This document shows, one piece after another, positions 6,627-16,339 of a DNA stretch of 22,096 bases; position 1 is the first letter of the stretch; each line of letters opens with the position of its first letter. The notes under the pieces were generated by a model. It made no database searches. It saw nothing but the letters and a program-made list of their open reading frames with translations, and was not told the DNA's origin. The DNA lies in contig JARKSN010000271.1 of NCBI GenBank assembly GCA_029974275.1, positions 1 through 22,096 on the forward strand, given 5' to 3'. Origin of the DNA: Candidatus Hydrogenedentota bacterium. GTDB taxonomy: Bacteria; Hydrogenedentota; Hydrogenedentia; Hydrogenedentales; SLHB01. Made by a program: the position numbers and the translations under genes.

Positions 6627-7901
6627 TCACCCCCGGCCCGCGTCATACCCCAACAACAATGCCGCCTGCGCCTGGTCCACAAACCCCTCATTCCGCAGCT
6701 TCACCGCGTTATCGATTTCCTTCCCCCGCGCCGTCGCCTCCTTCAACACATCCACCGTCCGATTCGACCGCATCCGCACCCGCGCACGCGCCTCGCCCCA
6801 CATCAACGCCAACTCGAAGTTGTACAGCCGCTCCAACAACCGCTTGACGCTTCGATTCACCGCCTCCACCTGCCGATTGACGATCTCGAACTGCGCCGTC
6901 CCATACGTCTCCGTCGTCCCATAATTCCGCCCCAGCAAAATCGGCATCAGATGCAGCCCCGTGATCACCTGCTCCTCCACCGCCTTGTGATTGTCATAGA
7001 AAATCCGCGACGTCTGGTCCCCACGAATCAGGTCCACCCCCACGTTGTCATACGTCACCAAATTCTGGTCCGCCTCCAGCCCACTCAGCTTTTGCCGCAG
7101 CTCATCAAAATTCGCCCCAATACGCCGCGCATACGCTTCCGGCGACTCGCCCCGCTCACGCCCCTCCGGCGTATACTTCACATGCAACTTCGCCCAACCC
7201 GCGTTATGCGTCGCCTTCGCCATGTCCTCCAGCAACCGCTGCTGAATCTTGATCACGAACGGAATCGACCGCAGCATCGACCGCCCATACGGGTTCGTCC
7301 CGTCCCGGTCCAGCCCCACATAGATGAATCGCTCGCGCGGCAACCGAATCTCTTCGCCCTCATGCACCTGATACGGCTGCAACACCCCGTTTTCGCGCCG
7401 GAACCGCACCGTCCACACATCCACCGGCGCCACGTCCGCGATCGACTCCCGGCTCGGCGACAACACGATCTCCAACGCCGCCGCGCCATACGTGAATAGC
7501 GACGTATAAAACACGTCCAGCAACCCGTCCATCCCCCGGTCGCCGCCATTCACCCGCCGATCCAAATCCTTCAGCAACCGTTCCGCACGCCGCTTCGCCA
7601 CCTCCGACGACGGATCCAAAATCTCGATGTCGTAACCCGTCTGACACAAGCGCTTCCACGTCCACACCGCATCGCTGATATCCGGGATCGCGTCCCGCAA
7701 GAACCGATACACATGCAGCATGTAGAACGGCGTCTCATTCGGAAGCCGCACGAACGACTCTGCCGCCGTATTCAGCGCCGACATGTCCTCCGCACGAGAA
7801 AGCGTCCGGAACGTTTCCGCCCGGACCCCTCCCCGTTGCGGCGCCGCCTGCTTCCCCGCCTTGCGCCCACGAACGCCCAACCGATCCAACCAGTTCCCCA
7901 T
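6627..7901 (-). CDS. Phage portal protein (424 aa)
   Basis: Portal motifs 'LFTYGAAALEIV', 'PVDVWTVRF', 'NPYGRSMLRSI', 'ITGLHLMPILLG'. Size and first position in the head module fit. ATG 7901 with GAGG upstream. Confidence 0.85.
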   Translation of the reverse strand: MGNWLDRLGVRGRKAGKQAAPQRGGVRAETFRTLSRAEDMSALNTAAESFVRLPNETPFYMLHVYRFLRDAIPDISDAVWTWKRLCQTGYDIEILDPSSEVAKRRAERLLKDLDRRVNGGDRGMDGLLDVFYTSLFTYGAAALEIVLSPSRESIADVAPVDVWTVRFRRENGVLQPYQVHEGEEIRLPRERFIYVGLDRDGTNPYGRSMLRSIPFVIKIQQRLLEDMAKATHNAGWAKLHVKYTPEGRERGESPEAYARRIGANFDELRQKLSGLEADQNLVTYDNVGVDLIRGDQTSRIFYDNHKAVEEQVITGLHLMPILLGRNYGTTETYGTAQFEIVNRQVEAVNRSVKRLLERLYNFELALMWGEARARVRMRSNRTVDVLKEATARGKEIDNAVKLRNEGFVDQAQAALLLGYDAGRG

Positions 7902-8107
7902 ACCGCACCTCGCTAGATGTCTCCAATGCCAACCGCCTGTATCTACTGGCCCAGCGTGTTGCACTCCACACGCGCCGGCAGATATCCAGAAAAAGATCAA
8001 ATGACAAGGGAAATGAATGGGGAAATCACGACAGGTCCGACGCCGCCAACGCGGCATCGTCAAAAGGAAAGTTGAATGTCAGACAATCCAGCCGAACCGC
8101 GGCTTGC

Positions 8108-9130
8108 CTATCCTCGCGCCCAATGGCTGCTCAGATAATCATAATAAAACCGCGCATTTTCGACAGGAACATTGCTCGGGATATGATTCCCGACCGCAAA
8201 CATAAAGCCCCCGCAACCGAACGCGACATCCAACGTCGCGTCGATCTCCGCCTGGATATCCTCCAACGCGCCAAACGTCAACGTCCGGCAATCGACCTTG
8301 CTTCCCACGATGACATGACTCTGACCATACTTCGCCACAACCGCATCCAACGAAACCGTCGGCTCGAGAATAAACCCATCCGCACCCGCCGCCGCAATGT
8401 CATCCAAAAACATCGACCAGTCGCCATCACTGCAAAACAGGACCCGCTTTCCCGCATCCTTCACGACCTTCCACAACGCTGCATAACGCGGAAATATCTC
8501 GCTTCGATAAAAATCCGGCGACAAAAACGGCCCCTCCGTCCACACCATATCATCATGACAGATAAACGCCTCGACCGACGTCCGCGCCCACGCCTTGTAA
8601 TGCTGCAAACTCAACCGAAAAAACGAATCCAACACGCGCGCAAAACCACTCCGATCCGCCGCCGCCAACAACAGCATCTCCCAGCCAAAAGACTGAATGG
8701 CCCCGCTCATCATGCTTCGATAATACCCCCCCGTCACCACTTGATTCGGAAACCGGCCCGCCAACTCCCAATAACGCTTCTCGTAATACTCCGTCAACGC
8801 GCCCAACTCCGGAGCCCCATACTCCCGAACCGCATCAAACGCCAACACCTCCTCAGGATCGTGAAACGGACATGCCCGGGCATCGCGCCGATCAACGCCC
8901 CCCTCCAAAAACTCCGCATGCCCCATATCCGTGCAACGCCCCGCCTTCTCCCACGCGATCGGGCCATCATCCGTATTCCACACAAAGTCTATGTCCCATC
9001 CATCAAAAAACGCCTTCCCCGTCCGCGCCTCCACATCCCGCATAATCGCGTCGCTCGAACAATACTCGGCATGCCCAAGCCGCGGCGTGCGACGAAGATG
9101 CAACACATCAAGCCCGATTTGACGACTCAC
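8108..9130 (-). CDS. Uroporphyrinogen decarboxylase (URO-D/MtaA-like) family protein
   Basis: 'ICHDDM....GPFLSPDFYRSEIFPRY', 'LFCSDG', 'GGFMFAVGNHIP.NVPVEN' match the URO-D-like TIM-barrel C-terminus. Confidence 0.8.
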   Translation of the reverse strand: MSRQIGLDVLHLRRTPRLGHAEYCSSDAIMRDVEARTGKAFFDGWDIDFVWNTDDGPIAWEKAGRCTDMGHAEFLEGGVDRRDARACPFHDPEEVLAFDAVREYGAPELGALTEYYEKRYWELAGRFPNQVVTGGYYRSMMSGAIQSFGWEMLLLAAADRSGFARVLDSFFRLSLQHYKAWARTSVEAFICHDDMVWTEGPFLSPDFYRSEIFPRYAALWKVVKDAGKRVLFCSDGDWSMFLDDIAAAGADGFILEPTVSLDAVVAKYGQSHVIVGSKVDCRTLTFGALEDIQAEIDATLDVAFGCGGFMFAVGNHIPSNVPVENARFYYDYLSSHWARG

Positions 9131-9157
9131 CCATCCCTCGCTTCCGTGGCGCCAACC

Positions 9158-9748
9158 CTACTTCGATCGCCCCTTCAACAACGCCGGACCCGACGACGAC
9201 TCCGGCTCTTCCGGCGCCGAATTCGGACCGTACCGCCACTCCTTATCCACGTAATTCCGGATAATCTTTTCCTCGCGCTTCTTCTTGTTCTCTGCCGCAC
9301 GCTTTTCCACCGCGCGCTTTTCCGCCTCCGCCGTCGCCGCCGCCTCCGCCGCCCGCCGCGCTTCCGCCAAACCCTCCCTTTCCTTCCGAACACGTTCCTC
9401 GCGCATCTTCAACGCACCCCCCGCCGACTCCAACGCGCCTGCCCCCTCCCCCTGATGCGCCGCAGGCAACCGCCTGCCCGGCTGATTTGGAAACGTCAAC
9501 TGATCCTGACGAATTTCCTGCACCGAACCATCCGGATATACGATCCGAACCGGCCCATTCCCACGACCCGTAATCGCGATCCCCCCCTGAGCATCAGCCG
9601 CGTGCACGCACACGCCCCACCCAAACCCCGTAACCGCCACCCCCCCCAACAACAGCCCCGCGCCCCATTTCCAGCAACGCGGAAACCGCTTCGAACGCAA
9701 GACTATGCCCGCGCCAAAAATCCAGGCCGCCATCGATCGCATTCCCAT
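9158..9748 (-). CDS. Hypothetical exported or membrane-anchored protein with coiled coil (196 aa)
   Basis: ATG 9748 with GGAGG; hydrophobic N-terminal segment ending 'VHAA'; E/K/R/A-rich helix. Confidence 0.55.
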   Translation of the reverse strand: MGMRSMAAWIFGAGIVLRSKRFPRCWKWGAGLLLGGVAVTGFGWGVCVHAADAQGGIAITGRGNGPVRIVYPDGSVQEIRQDQLTFPNQPGRRLPAAHQGEGAGALESAGGALKMREERVRKEREGLAEARRAAEAAATAEAEKRAVEKRAAENKKKREEKIIRNYVDKEWRYGPNSAPEEPESSSGPALLKGRSK

Positions 9749-9906
9749 ATCCCGCCTCCGGCATGCATGCCAACAACGCCCAAACCACTCCCATACTACC
9801 GCCGCAGACCACAAGAAAAAAAACTCGACGCCCCCACGCTTGGAATCAGAAAGCCATGTCTGGTACTTTTCCAGAACACGGCGCGCCGCGCCCCAAGGAG
9901 AAGCCC

Positions 9907-10575
9907 ATGAACACACTGATCATAGCGGCCCACCCAGACGACGAAGTCCTGGGATGCGGCGGAACCATGGCGCGCCTCGCCCAGGCAGGCAATGCCGTGT
10001 CGGTGTTGATACTGAGCGAAGGCGCAACATCCCGCGACAACGCCCCCCCGCACGCCGCGCACGACCTCACGCTCGCCTGCCAAAAAGCCTGCGCAACGCT
10101 AGGCGTGCGCGACATCGCCCTGGCAGGCATGCCCGACAACCGCTTCGATACCATCCCCCTTTTGGACATCGCCAAACGCATCGAAGCGGAAATCGAACGC
10201 GTCAACCCTGTCCACCTCTACACGCATCACGGCGGCGATCTCAACACTGACCACGCCATCGCTTTCCGCGCCGCCCTCATCGCCGCCCGACCCGCTCCAG
10301 GAAACACACTGCGCGAAATGCGCACCTTCGAAATTCCATCCTCAACCGAATGGGCCTTCGGACGTTTCGCCCCCCCATTCAACCCAAACGTCTTCGTCGA
10401 CATCTCCGCCACCCTCGACCTGAAACTCGCCGCCATGACCCTATACAAAAGCGAAACACGGCCAGCTCCCCATCCACGCTCCCCACAAGCCCTTCAAGCC
10501 GCCGCCCAACAACGGGGATCGACTGCAGGATTCACCGCCGCGGAAGCCTTCGAGATCGTGTGGAGATTGGAATAA
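9907..10575 (+). CDS. PIG-L/LmbE family N-acetylhexosamine deacetylase
   Basis: 'AAHPDDEVLGCGG' and 'THHGGDLNTDH' motifs. ATG 9907 with AAGGAG. Confidence 0.9.
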   Translation: MNTLIIAAHPDDEVLGCGGTMARLAQAGNAVSVLILSEGATSRDNAPPHAAHDLTLACQKACATLGVRDIALAGMPDNRFDTIPLLDIAKRIEAEIERVNPVHLYTHHGGDLNTDHAIAFRAALIAARPAPGNTLREMRTFEIPSSTEWAFGRFAPPFNPNVFVDISATLDLKLAAMTLYKSETRPAPHPRSPQALQAAAQQRGSTAGFTAAEAFEIVWRLE

Positions 10576-10636
10576 CCTTCAGAACCAACAACAACGCAAA
10601 ACCGCACCCACACGGCAATTCCCAACAGGAGGCCCC

Positions 10637-11830
10637 ATGCCCACAGCCGTTCCCTACCTCAAGGAACACGAAACCATCGCCCGCCAACTCGTCGCCGAAA
10701 CCCGCCGCCACGACGGACTGGCCCCCCTCGACCTAGAACAATTCTGGGCCGATCAAGAAATCGCCATCCAAGACCCCTTCGGCACAAACATCCCCCAACC
10801 CCCCTTCGGCGCAATCTTGACCTGGGAAACCGTCTTCGACGAACTCGGCATCGAAGAAAACGTCTGGCGATACCAACACGACGAAACATGGCAACTCGAA
10901 CTGAACCGCGCCTTCAACAACAAAGCCGAACGCATCGTAGGACGACGCCCTCTCCCCGAAACCCTCCCCCCAAAAGAACACCTATGGCCACAAACAAAAG
11001 GCCTCGCCGACGTGTTCGAAGCGCGCACCGTCTGGCACGATCAGTCCTGGTGGATCCAACAATCCGCCCACACCGAAGACGAACTCAACGCCCTGCTCGA
11101 CCGCGTCGAAACACGAAACATCCGAGACTGCATCCTGCCCCCAAACTGGGACAAAGAAAAAAACCGCCTGACCGCCCTCGGCATCGCCCCCCCCCTCTAC
11201 CGCGGCCAACGAGGACCCGTCACCTTCGCCACATCCATATACGGCGTGGAAAACCTCATCCTGCTCATCCTCACAAATCCCGACCTCGCCCAACGATTCC
11301 GCGACGCCATCCTGCGCACCATCCTCGAAATCGCCCGCATTCTCGACGAAGAAGCAGGCTACGATCCCCAAACCGCCCCACACGGCTGGGGCTGGGCCGA
11401 CGACAACTGCTGCCTGCTGCGCCCCGAAATGTACGAATTCTTCGGATACCCAATCCTCAAAACCGTTTTCGAACGCTACGCCCCCAACCCCAACGACCGC
11501 CGCTTCCAACACTCCGACTCCGACATGGCCCACCTGCTCCCAATCCTGGCGCAACTGAACCTGACAGAAGCGAACTTCGGCCCAACGCTCACCGTCAACG
11601 AAATCCGAAAACACATGCCCCGCACCATCATCGACGGACAACTGGCCCCCTTCACCTACAGCCGCAACGAAGAAGAAAACATGGTGCTCGAATTCCTGCG
11701 CGACTTCGAAATGGCCCGAGAACAACGAGGACTCCTCTTCGCCACCGCCGGCTCCATCAACAACGGCTCACGCCTCACCGGCATGCGCCTGCTCATGGCC
11801 GCCATCCAACACTACGGAAAATACGCCTGA
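10637..11830 (+). CDS. URO-D-like family protein
   Basis: 'RGPVTFATSIYGVE', 'ADDNCCLL.PEMYEFF', 'QHSDS', 'LFATAGSIN'. AGGAGG RBS. Confidence 0.7.
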   Translation: MPTAVPYLKEHETIARQLVAETRRHDGLAPLDLEQFWADQEIAIQDPFGTNIPQPPFGAILTWETVFDELGIEENVWRYQHDETWQLELNRAFNNKAERIVGRRPLPETLPPKEHLWPQTKGLADVFEARTVWHDQSWWIQQSAHTEDELNALLDRVETRNIRDCILPPNWDKEKNRLTALGIAPPLYRGQRGPVTFATSIYGVENLILLILTNPDLAQRFRDAILRTILEIARILDEEAGYDPQTAPHGWGWADDNCCLLRPEMYEFFGYPILKTVFERYAPNPNDRRFQHSDSDMAHLLPILAQLNLTEANFGPTLTVNEIRKHMPRTIIDGQLAPFTYSRNEEENMVLEFLRDFEMAREQRGLLFATAGSINNGSRLTGMRLLMAAIQHYGKYA

Positions 11831-11865
11831 GCCGCGCTTCCCAGACAAAACCGCGCCCCCCAGCC

Positions 11866-12846
11866 TCAATCGCGCAAAAGACCGGCCCTCCGCTTTCTAG
11901 CGCTGTCATAACACACCAGAAAAACGATCAGCCCCCCAATAAGAATGCTCTGCCAATACGCGTTATACCCCTTCAAATTACAAACATTCACCAACACATT
12001 CATGATCAGCGCCCCCGCAAGCGAACCGATGCACCCCCCCTCGCCGCCCATCAAACTCGCCCCGCCGATAACACATGCCGCGATCGCGTCAAGCTCCACC
12101 CCCGCCGCCGCAGAAGGATCCCCAATGCTCGTGCGCGACGCCAACACCACTCCCGCAAAACCCGACAACAATCCACAATACGTAAAGGCAATCACTCGAA
12201 TCCTGTCCGTTGACACACCAGAAAGTCGCGCACCCTCTGCATTGCCGCCAGTCGCATAGAGTGAACGACCGTAACGCGTCGCCAGCAGCACAATGGAGGC
12301 GACGACCGCAATCGCAACCGTAATCACCACAGGAATCCACCAACCGCGCGCCCCAAACACCTCGCGCGTGCCGCCGAGATAAAGAAAATTTTGCGGCAAA
12401 CCAGAAATGGTTTGGCCCTTCGCAAGCAGGAGCGCGAACCCGCGCGCGGCCATCATCATGCCCAGCGTGACAATGAACGATGGGATGCGCCCCCGCGTCG
12501 TCAAAAGACCGTTGATGAGGCCGCACAGCAACCCCATGTTCATGCCAGCGAGTATACCCGCAAGCGGAGACATCCCCCCCTTCGTCATCGCCAGACACCC
12601 CACCACCCCCGACAACGCCGCCACGCTCCCCACCGACAAATCAATGCCGCCGCTGACAATCACCAACGTCTGCCCCACGGCAATAATCCCCACCACCGCC
12701 GTCCGATACGCCACACTCTGCAAATTCCCCGCCTTCGCAAAATCCGGCACCAAAAACGCCAACACCGCACACAGCACGGCAAGAATCACCAGCGGAGAAT
12801 GTTTCGCGAGAAAACGTCGCATTGGATATTCTCGCATAGGGATCAT
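11866..12846 (-). CDS. Sugar ABC transporter permease (RbsC family)
   Basis: 'GGIDLSVGS', 'IPSFIVTLG', 'TRYGRSLYATGGN.EGARLSG', 'ELDAIAACVIGG'. Start is either ATG 12846 (ATGA overlap with the upstream stop) or ATG 12822. Confidence 0.93.
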   Translation of the reverse strand: MIPMREYPMRRFLAKHSPLVILAVLCAVLAFLVPDFAKAGNLQSVAYRTAVVGIIAVGQTLVIVSGGIDLSVGSVAALSGVVGCLAMTKGGMSPLAGILAGMNMGLLCGLINGLLTTRGRIPSFIVTLGMMMAARGFALLLAKGQTISGLPQNFLYLGGTREVFGARGWWIPVVITVAIAVVASIVLLATRYGRSLYATGGNAEGARLSGVSTDRIRVIAFTYCGLLSGFAGVVLASRTSIGDPSAAAGVELDAIAACVIGGASLMGGEGGCIGSLAGALIMNVLVNVCNLKGYNAYWQSILIGGLIVFLVCYDSARKRRAGLLRD

Positions 12847-13493
12847 GTCTGTATTTTTCTTGCAGTTTTTGTTCTCGGAAACCACTCGCGCAAAGTAGTT
12901 GCCAGTGCATGAAAGCTTTCGCTTTCGAGCCAATCACGTAGACTCGCAACCTTCGCAATTTCTTCGAAATCGACCGGCGATAAAGTTCTTTTGCGTTTCC
13001 TGAGGAAGACGTACTGCAGACGCTCTTTCGGGCAGTCCCAACGTCCTAGTTCCGTTACTTTTGGGCCGTCCAAGACAAACTCCGCGCACCATGAAGCAAA
13101 CGTGTCTGGATCAACGCCCAAACGTTTTTGAATGGAAGCAGTATTCTTCCACAACCATTCCTCAATCTCCGGAACCGTAACGATGGCGCGGCAGCGGCCT
13201 TTCCATGTGCACTGCATGAGTCTAAGTTCAATCTCTTCAGCGCATTTTTCTGGCGTGTCCTTTGTCTCGCGCCCAGAACCATGATGATCCCAGAGAAGCA
13301 AAATATATCGGTAATCTGCCTTGCGGGGACGCGTGAGTTCCGGTCCGGTCATAAGCATTCCACTGTCGTGCATCGGATGTCGATCCACGTCAAAGGTAAT
13401 GCGGCATATACCTAGCGATTCGGGTCTTGAGAGAACGGCGCGCATTACGGCTTGAGCATCGGCGTCCGCTGTAAGCACAAACAGATCTTTCAT
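12843..13493 (-). CDS. MAD4-like (DUF4276/TOPRIM-like) partner of defence ATPase
   Basis: 'MKDLFVLTAD.D', 'RPESLGI', 'HPMHDSG', 'D..GSG', 'PEIEEWLW', 'PKE' resemble the MADS protein MAD4. ATGA-coupled to the ATPase. Confidence 0.65.
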   Translation of the reverse strand: MKDLFVLTADADAQAVMRAVLSRPESLGICRITFDVDRHPMHDSGMLMTGPELTRPRKADYRYILLLWDHHGSGRETKDTPEKCAEEIELRLMQCTWKGRCRAIVTVPEIEEWLWKNTASIQKRLGVDPDTFASWCAEFVLDGPKVTELGRWDCPKERLQYVFLRKRKRTLSPVDFEEIAKVASLRDWLESESFHALATTLREWFPRTKTARKIQT

Positions 13494-14716
13494 CCCAATA
13501 TCCCTGAGGCAAAAACAGTTGCAATATCCGGCATGTCCTTCCAGCCTCGAATGATCGGGTGTTCACGACCATGGACAATTCGAGCACCCTGTTCTTCTCG
13601 AATGAAACACAACAGAGGATCGATACCCACTTCTTGCACTACAAGTGGGGAATGTGTCGCTACAAACATCTGTGCGTCTGGAACACAACTTAGGGCTCGC
13701 AGGATAATATCCAGCGCTTTGGGATGTACGCCATTTTCGGGTTCCTCGACGAGATAGAGTGCCGGTTCGGGCGGAAGAAATGCTGGGAGAGTCAGCGCAA
13801 GCATGCGAAGGGTGCCGTCGCTTAGGAGCCAACTGGGACAATCAAGACCGTTCTCGTATTTGAGGACAAGATACTCCGCATTGTCGGATTCTCGTCGGGC
13901 CCATCCTATTTCCTTCAAATCCTGAAGGGCATATTTCAAATGTGCTGTCCACTGATAAACCGCCGTGGAGGACTCGAAAAGAGGGCCCGCTCGTTTCGAC
14001 CGGGCCGCTTCGGAGAGAAGCGCTCCCACGACTCGCGCGAGATTTGTGCCATCAAGTTGAAGGGTCGTTGGCCGTGTCGCCGGACAGGGCCCACGCATTG
14101 CGCGGCTATTAAGTTGAAGATACCGAATACCGTCCAGTAGGAAAGCCCGAACGGCATTGCCTGTAGGGTAGCGTTCCATATCCGGGGGGGTGGAGGACAA
14201 TGCAAGTTTGTCCTGGCCGAAAACAAAAGAGTCCTGGTAAGTACCCGTCTCTCGCTTATAAAAATCCGAGCCTTTCGAGGTCTTACCGAGAAGACGTTTA
14301 GGGCGAGCGTTCGGACTAAATCGAAGCCCTTTCCCCCCTTGAATCCAGCTCTTGCTGTACTGCTTAAGCTCGTCTGCGACGGAGATTCCAAGTTGATTGT
14401 CACTCTGCACGCTCAACTGGTATCGAATCAGATTCGCCTGCTGAGAAGGAAGGCTAGAACCCATATCCAACCACAAGTCGATCTCTATCGCGCCTCCCCT
14501 GCGCATGAACGTCAGATCTCGTAAATCGGGCACTCTCGATTCTACCGCACTTCGAGGGCCATCTCGCACACAGTCTCGAACGAAGTCCAAAGCGTCAAGA
14601 AAAGTGCTCTTGCCGGATGCGTTGGGTCCGACGAGGACATGAAAAGCACCAAGCTCAATTGCCGGAGCAATTTCCTTGATGATTCGGAAATTCCGAATGG
14701 CAATTCCTACAATCAT
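13490..14716 (-). CDS. AAA_21/ABC-type ATPase, MAD3-like
   Basis: Walker A GPNASGKS, signature LSDGT, Walker B LYLVEEPENG, H-loop ATHSP. Confidence 0.85.
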   Translation of the reverse strand: MIVGIAIRNFRIIKEIAPAIELGAFHVLVGPNASGKSTFLDALDFVRDCVRDGPRSAVESRVPDLRDLTFMRRGGAIEIDLWLDMGSSLPSQQANLIRYQLSVQSDNQLGISVADELKQYSKSWIQGGKGLRFSPNARPKRLLGKTSKGSDFYKRETGTYQDSFVFGQDKLALSSTPPDMERYPTGNAVRAFLLDGIRYLQLNSRAMRGPCPATRPTTLQLDGTNLARVVGALLSEAARSKRAGPLFESSTAVYQWTAHLKYALQDLKEIGWARRESDNAEYLVLKYENGLDCPSWLLSDGTLRMLALTLPAFLPPEPALYLVEEPENGVHPKALDIILRALSCVPDAQMFVATHSPLVVQEVGIDPLLCFIREEQGARIVHGREHPIIRGWKDMPDIATVFASGILG

Positions 14717-14812
14717 GCTTACTCACCTTTCCCGCTCGCTCCATAACCCACTTTTGAGTGAAGAACTCACAAGGCGATCCGCAAAACAGATCGCCTTGTG
14801 GCGAATACGTGT

Positions 14813-16234
14813 CTATCCCTCGTGCAAATACACGTCCCAGCCGAGGTAATTCTCGAGGGCCTCGTAGACGGCCCGGGCGCTGCGGCTGTGGTTGACGGCG
14901 ACGTGATGCTCGAAGCCGTTTTGGCAAATGTATTCGAGCAAACCCTGCAAATCGGGAATCTCCGCGACGCCGTAGCCGCCGAAAGTATCGAGCGGATCAT
15001 CGGTGAAGCGGCCCTCGCCCATGTACGCAGCCACAATGCCCTCGTTATCGACCGTGCTCGGACGCAGATACGTCATCGGCGCGGCCTTGATGCGGCCAAC
15101 CACCGTGCCGAACGCGTTCTGCTTGCCGACGGACCCCGCGATGATCTCCTGATAATCCATCTTCATATGCTGGAAACAACTCTTCGGCAGGTTCGAACAG
15201 TGGAAACCCACGCACTTATCGGGATCGGACCCATAATTGTTATTCCAGTCGAGCAAAAAGCTAGGCGAACCCGACGCCAACGCCAACGCATGCATGCCGA
15301 CCGCGCCGCACACGTCCACCTCGCACGCAGACGAGCGCAATGTGTCGCTGAGCATACTCATCACCGTGCACGGCACCACGCCGTAGAACTCTTCCATCGA
15401 GGTCCAGCACTGGACCGCGGTGATGTCGAGTTCGGCCTTCTCCATCCAGTCGTTGATGACGATCGCGAGCTTGGCCATCTTGAGCAAGGCCTCGTTCGGC
15501 ACGCCGTTCGTCGCCGTATAGCCCTTGATCTTTGCAAGCTGCTCCTTCACCTTCGCATTGGCGTCCGCCATCTTCGCCGCCCGCCCAAAGACCTCGGACA
15601 AGTCAAGCGTCTCAACACTGATGCCATACTCCTCAAGAATCTTCTCGCTGTAACGGACCGTGTTGAACGCCGCCGGACGCGCGCCCAGCGCCCCAACACG
15701 GCAATGGCGCAACCCCTTGACCACCCGGCACACCGCCGCAAACCACGCAATCTCATCCTTGAACTCCGGAGCCGTCGGATCCATCGTGTGACGGCTCGTC
15801 AAGCTAAAATCGATGCCGTACTGCACAAGGTTGTTGCACGCCGACATCTTGCCGCAAAAACTGTCGCGGCGATGCTTGATCGTCATCTTCTTCGCATCAT
15901 CATCCCACGCATGAATAAGCACCGGCACGCCAAGACCGGCCATCTTCAACGTGTCCGCGACGCCGCGTTCATCGCCGAAATTCGGCAACGTGACGATCAC
16001 GCCGTCGATCTTCTCGCGGTTTTTCTTAAAAAGCTCCGCACACTTCTTCGCATCGTCCCACGTCTCGACCGATCCGAACTTCGTGTCCTTCGGCGTCAAC
16101 GCAACGACGCCGTGGCCCAGCTTCTTCAGCAGGCCCGACATGAACTCGTGCCCCTCCCGCGCCAACTCATCCGGGAAAAAACCCCGATTGCCCACGATCA
16201 ACCCAAAACACTGCTTCGCCAATTTCGCCGCCAT
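14813..16234 (-). CDS. L-fucose/L-arabinose isomerase family protein
   Basis: 'GNRGFFP', 'LPNFGDE', 'RRDSFCGKMS', 'ACEVD', 'FHCSN', 'GFEHH'. ATG 16234 with AAGGAG. Confidence 0.88.
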   Translation of the reverse strand: MAAKLAKQCFGLIVGNRGFFPDELAREGHEFMSGLLKKLGHGVVALTPKDTKFGSVETWDDAKKCAELFKKNREKIDGVIVTLPNFGDERGVADTLKMAGLGVPVLIHAWDDDAKKMTIKHRRDSFCGKMSACNNLVQYGIDFSLTSRHTMDPTAPEFKDEIAWFAAVCRVVKGLRHCRVGALGARPAAFNTVRYSEKILEEYGISVETLDLSEVFGRAAKMADANAKVKEQLAKIKGYTATNGVPNEALLKMAKLAIVINDWMEKAELDITAVQCWTSMEEFYGVVPCTVMSMLSDTLRSSACEVDVCGAVGMHALALASGSPSFLLDWNNNYGSDPDKCVGFHCSNLPKSCFQHMKMDYQEIIAGSVGKQNAFGTVVGRIKAAPMTYLRPSTVDNEGIVAAYMGEGRFTDDPLDTFGGYGVAEIPDLQGLLEYICQNGFEHHVAVNHSRSARAVYEALENYLGWDVYLHEG

Positions 16235-16339
16235 GGTGCGCTTCTCCTTCCAATCCGTAGTAAAATACACCGCCTCAAACCATCCCATTCTAATCGCGCC
16301 GCAAAATCGCCGCAAACTCCCAAAGCCCCGCCGAATACG

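Noticed and set aside
6496..6630. N-terminal extensions of the protease ('MRKRRFTTKAQRTQR...') and of the adaptor, MCP, portal, PE protein and pseC ORFs
   Set aside because: They run through repeats or upstream genes; internal starts with clear Shine-Dalgarno sites fit better.
208..7901. Complete inducible prophage, PICI, or tailocin/contractile injection system
   Set aside because: No integrase, att-like repeat, terminase, replication, sheath or tube gene is visible. Sequence beyond position 1 is unseen, so this is not fully excluded.
7979..8007. Possible promoter of the virion operon (TTGTCA-17-TATCTG on the minus strand)
   Set aside because: The -10 match is poor; not supportable without transcript data.
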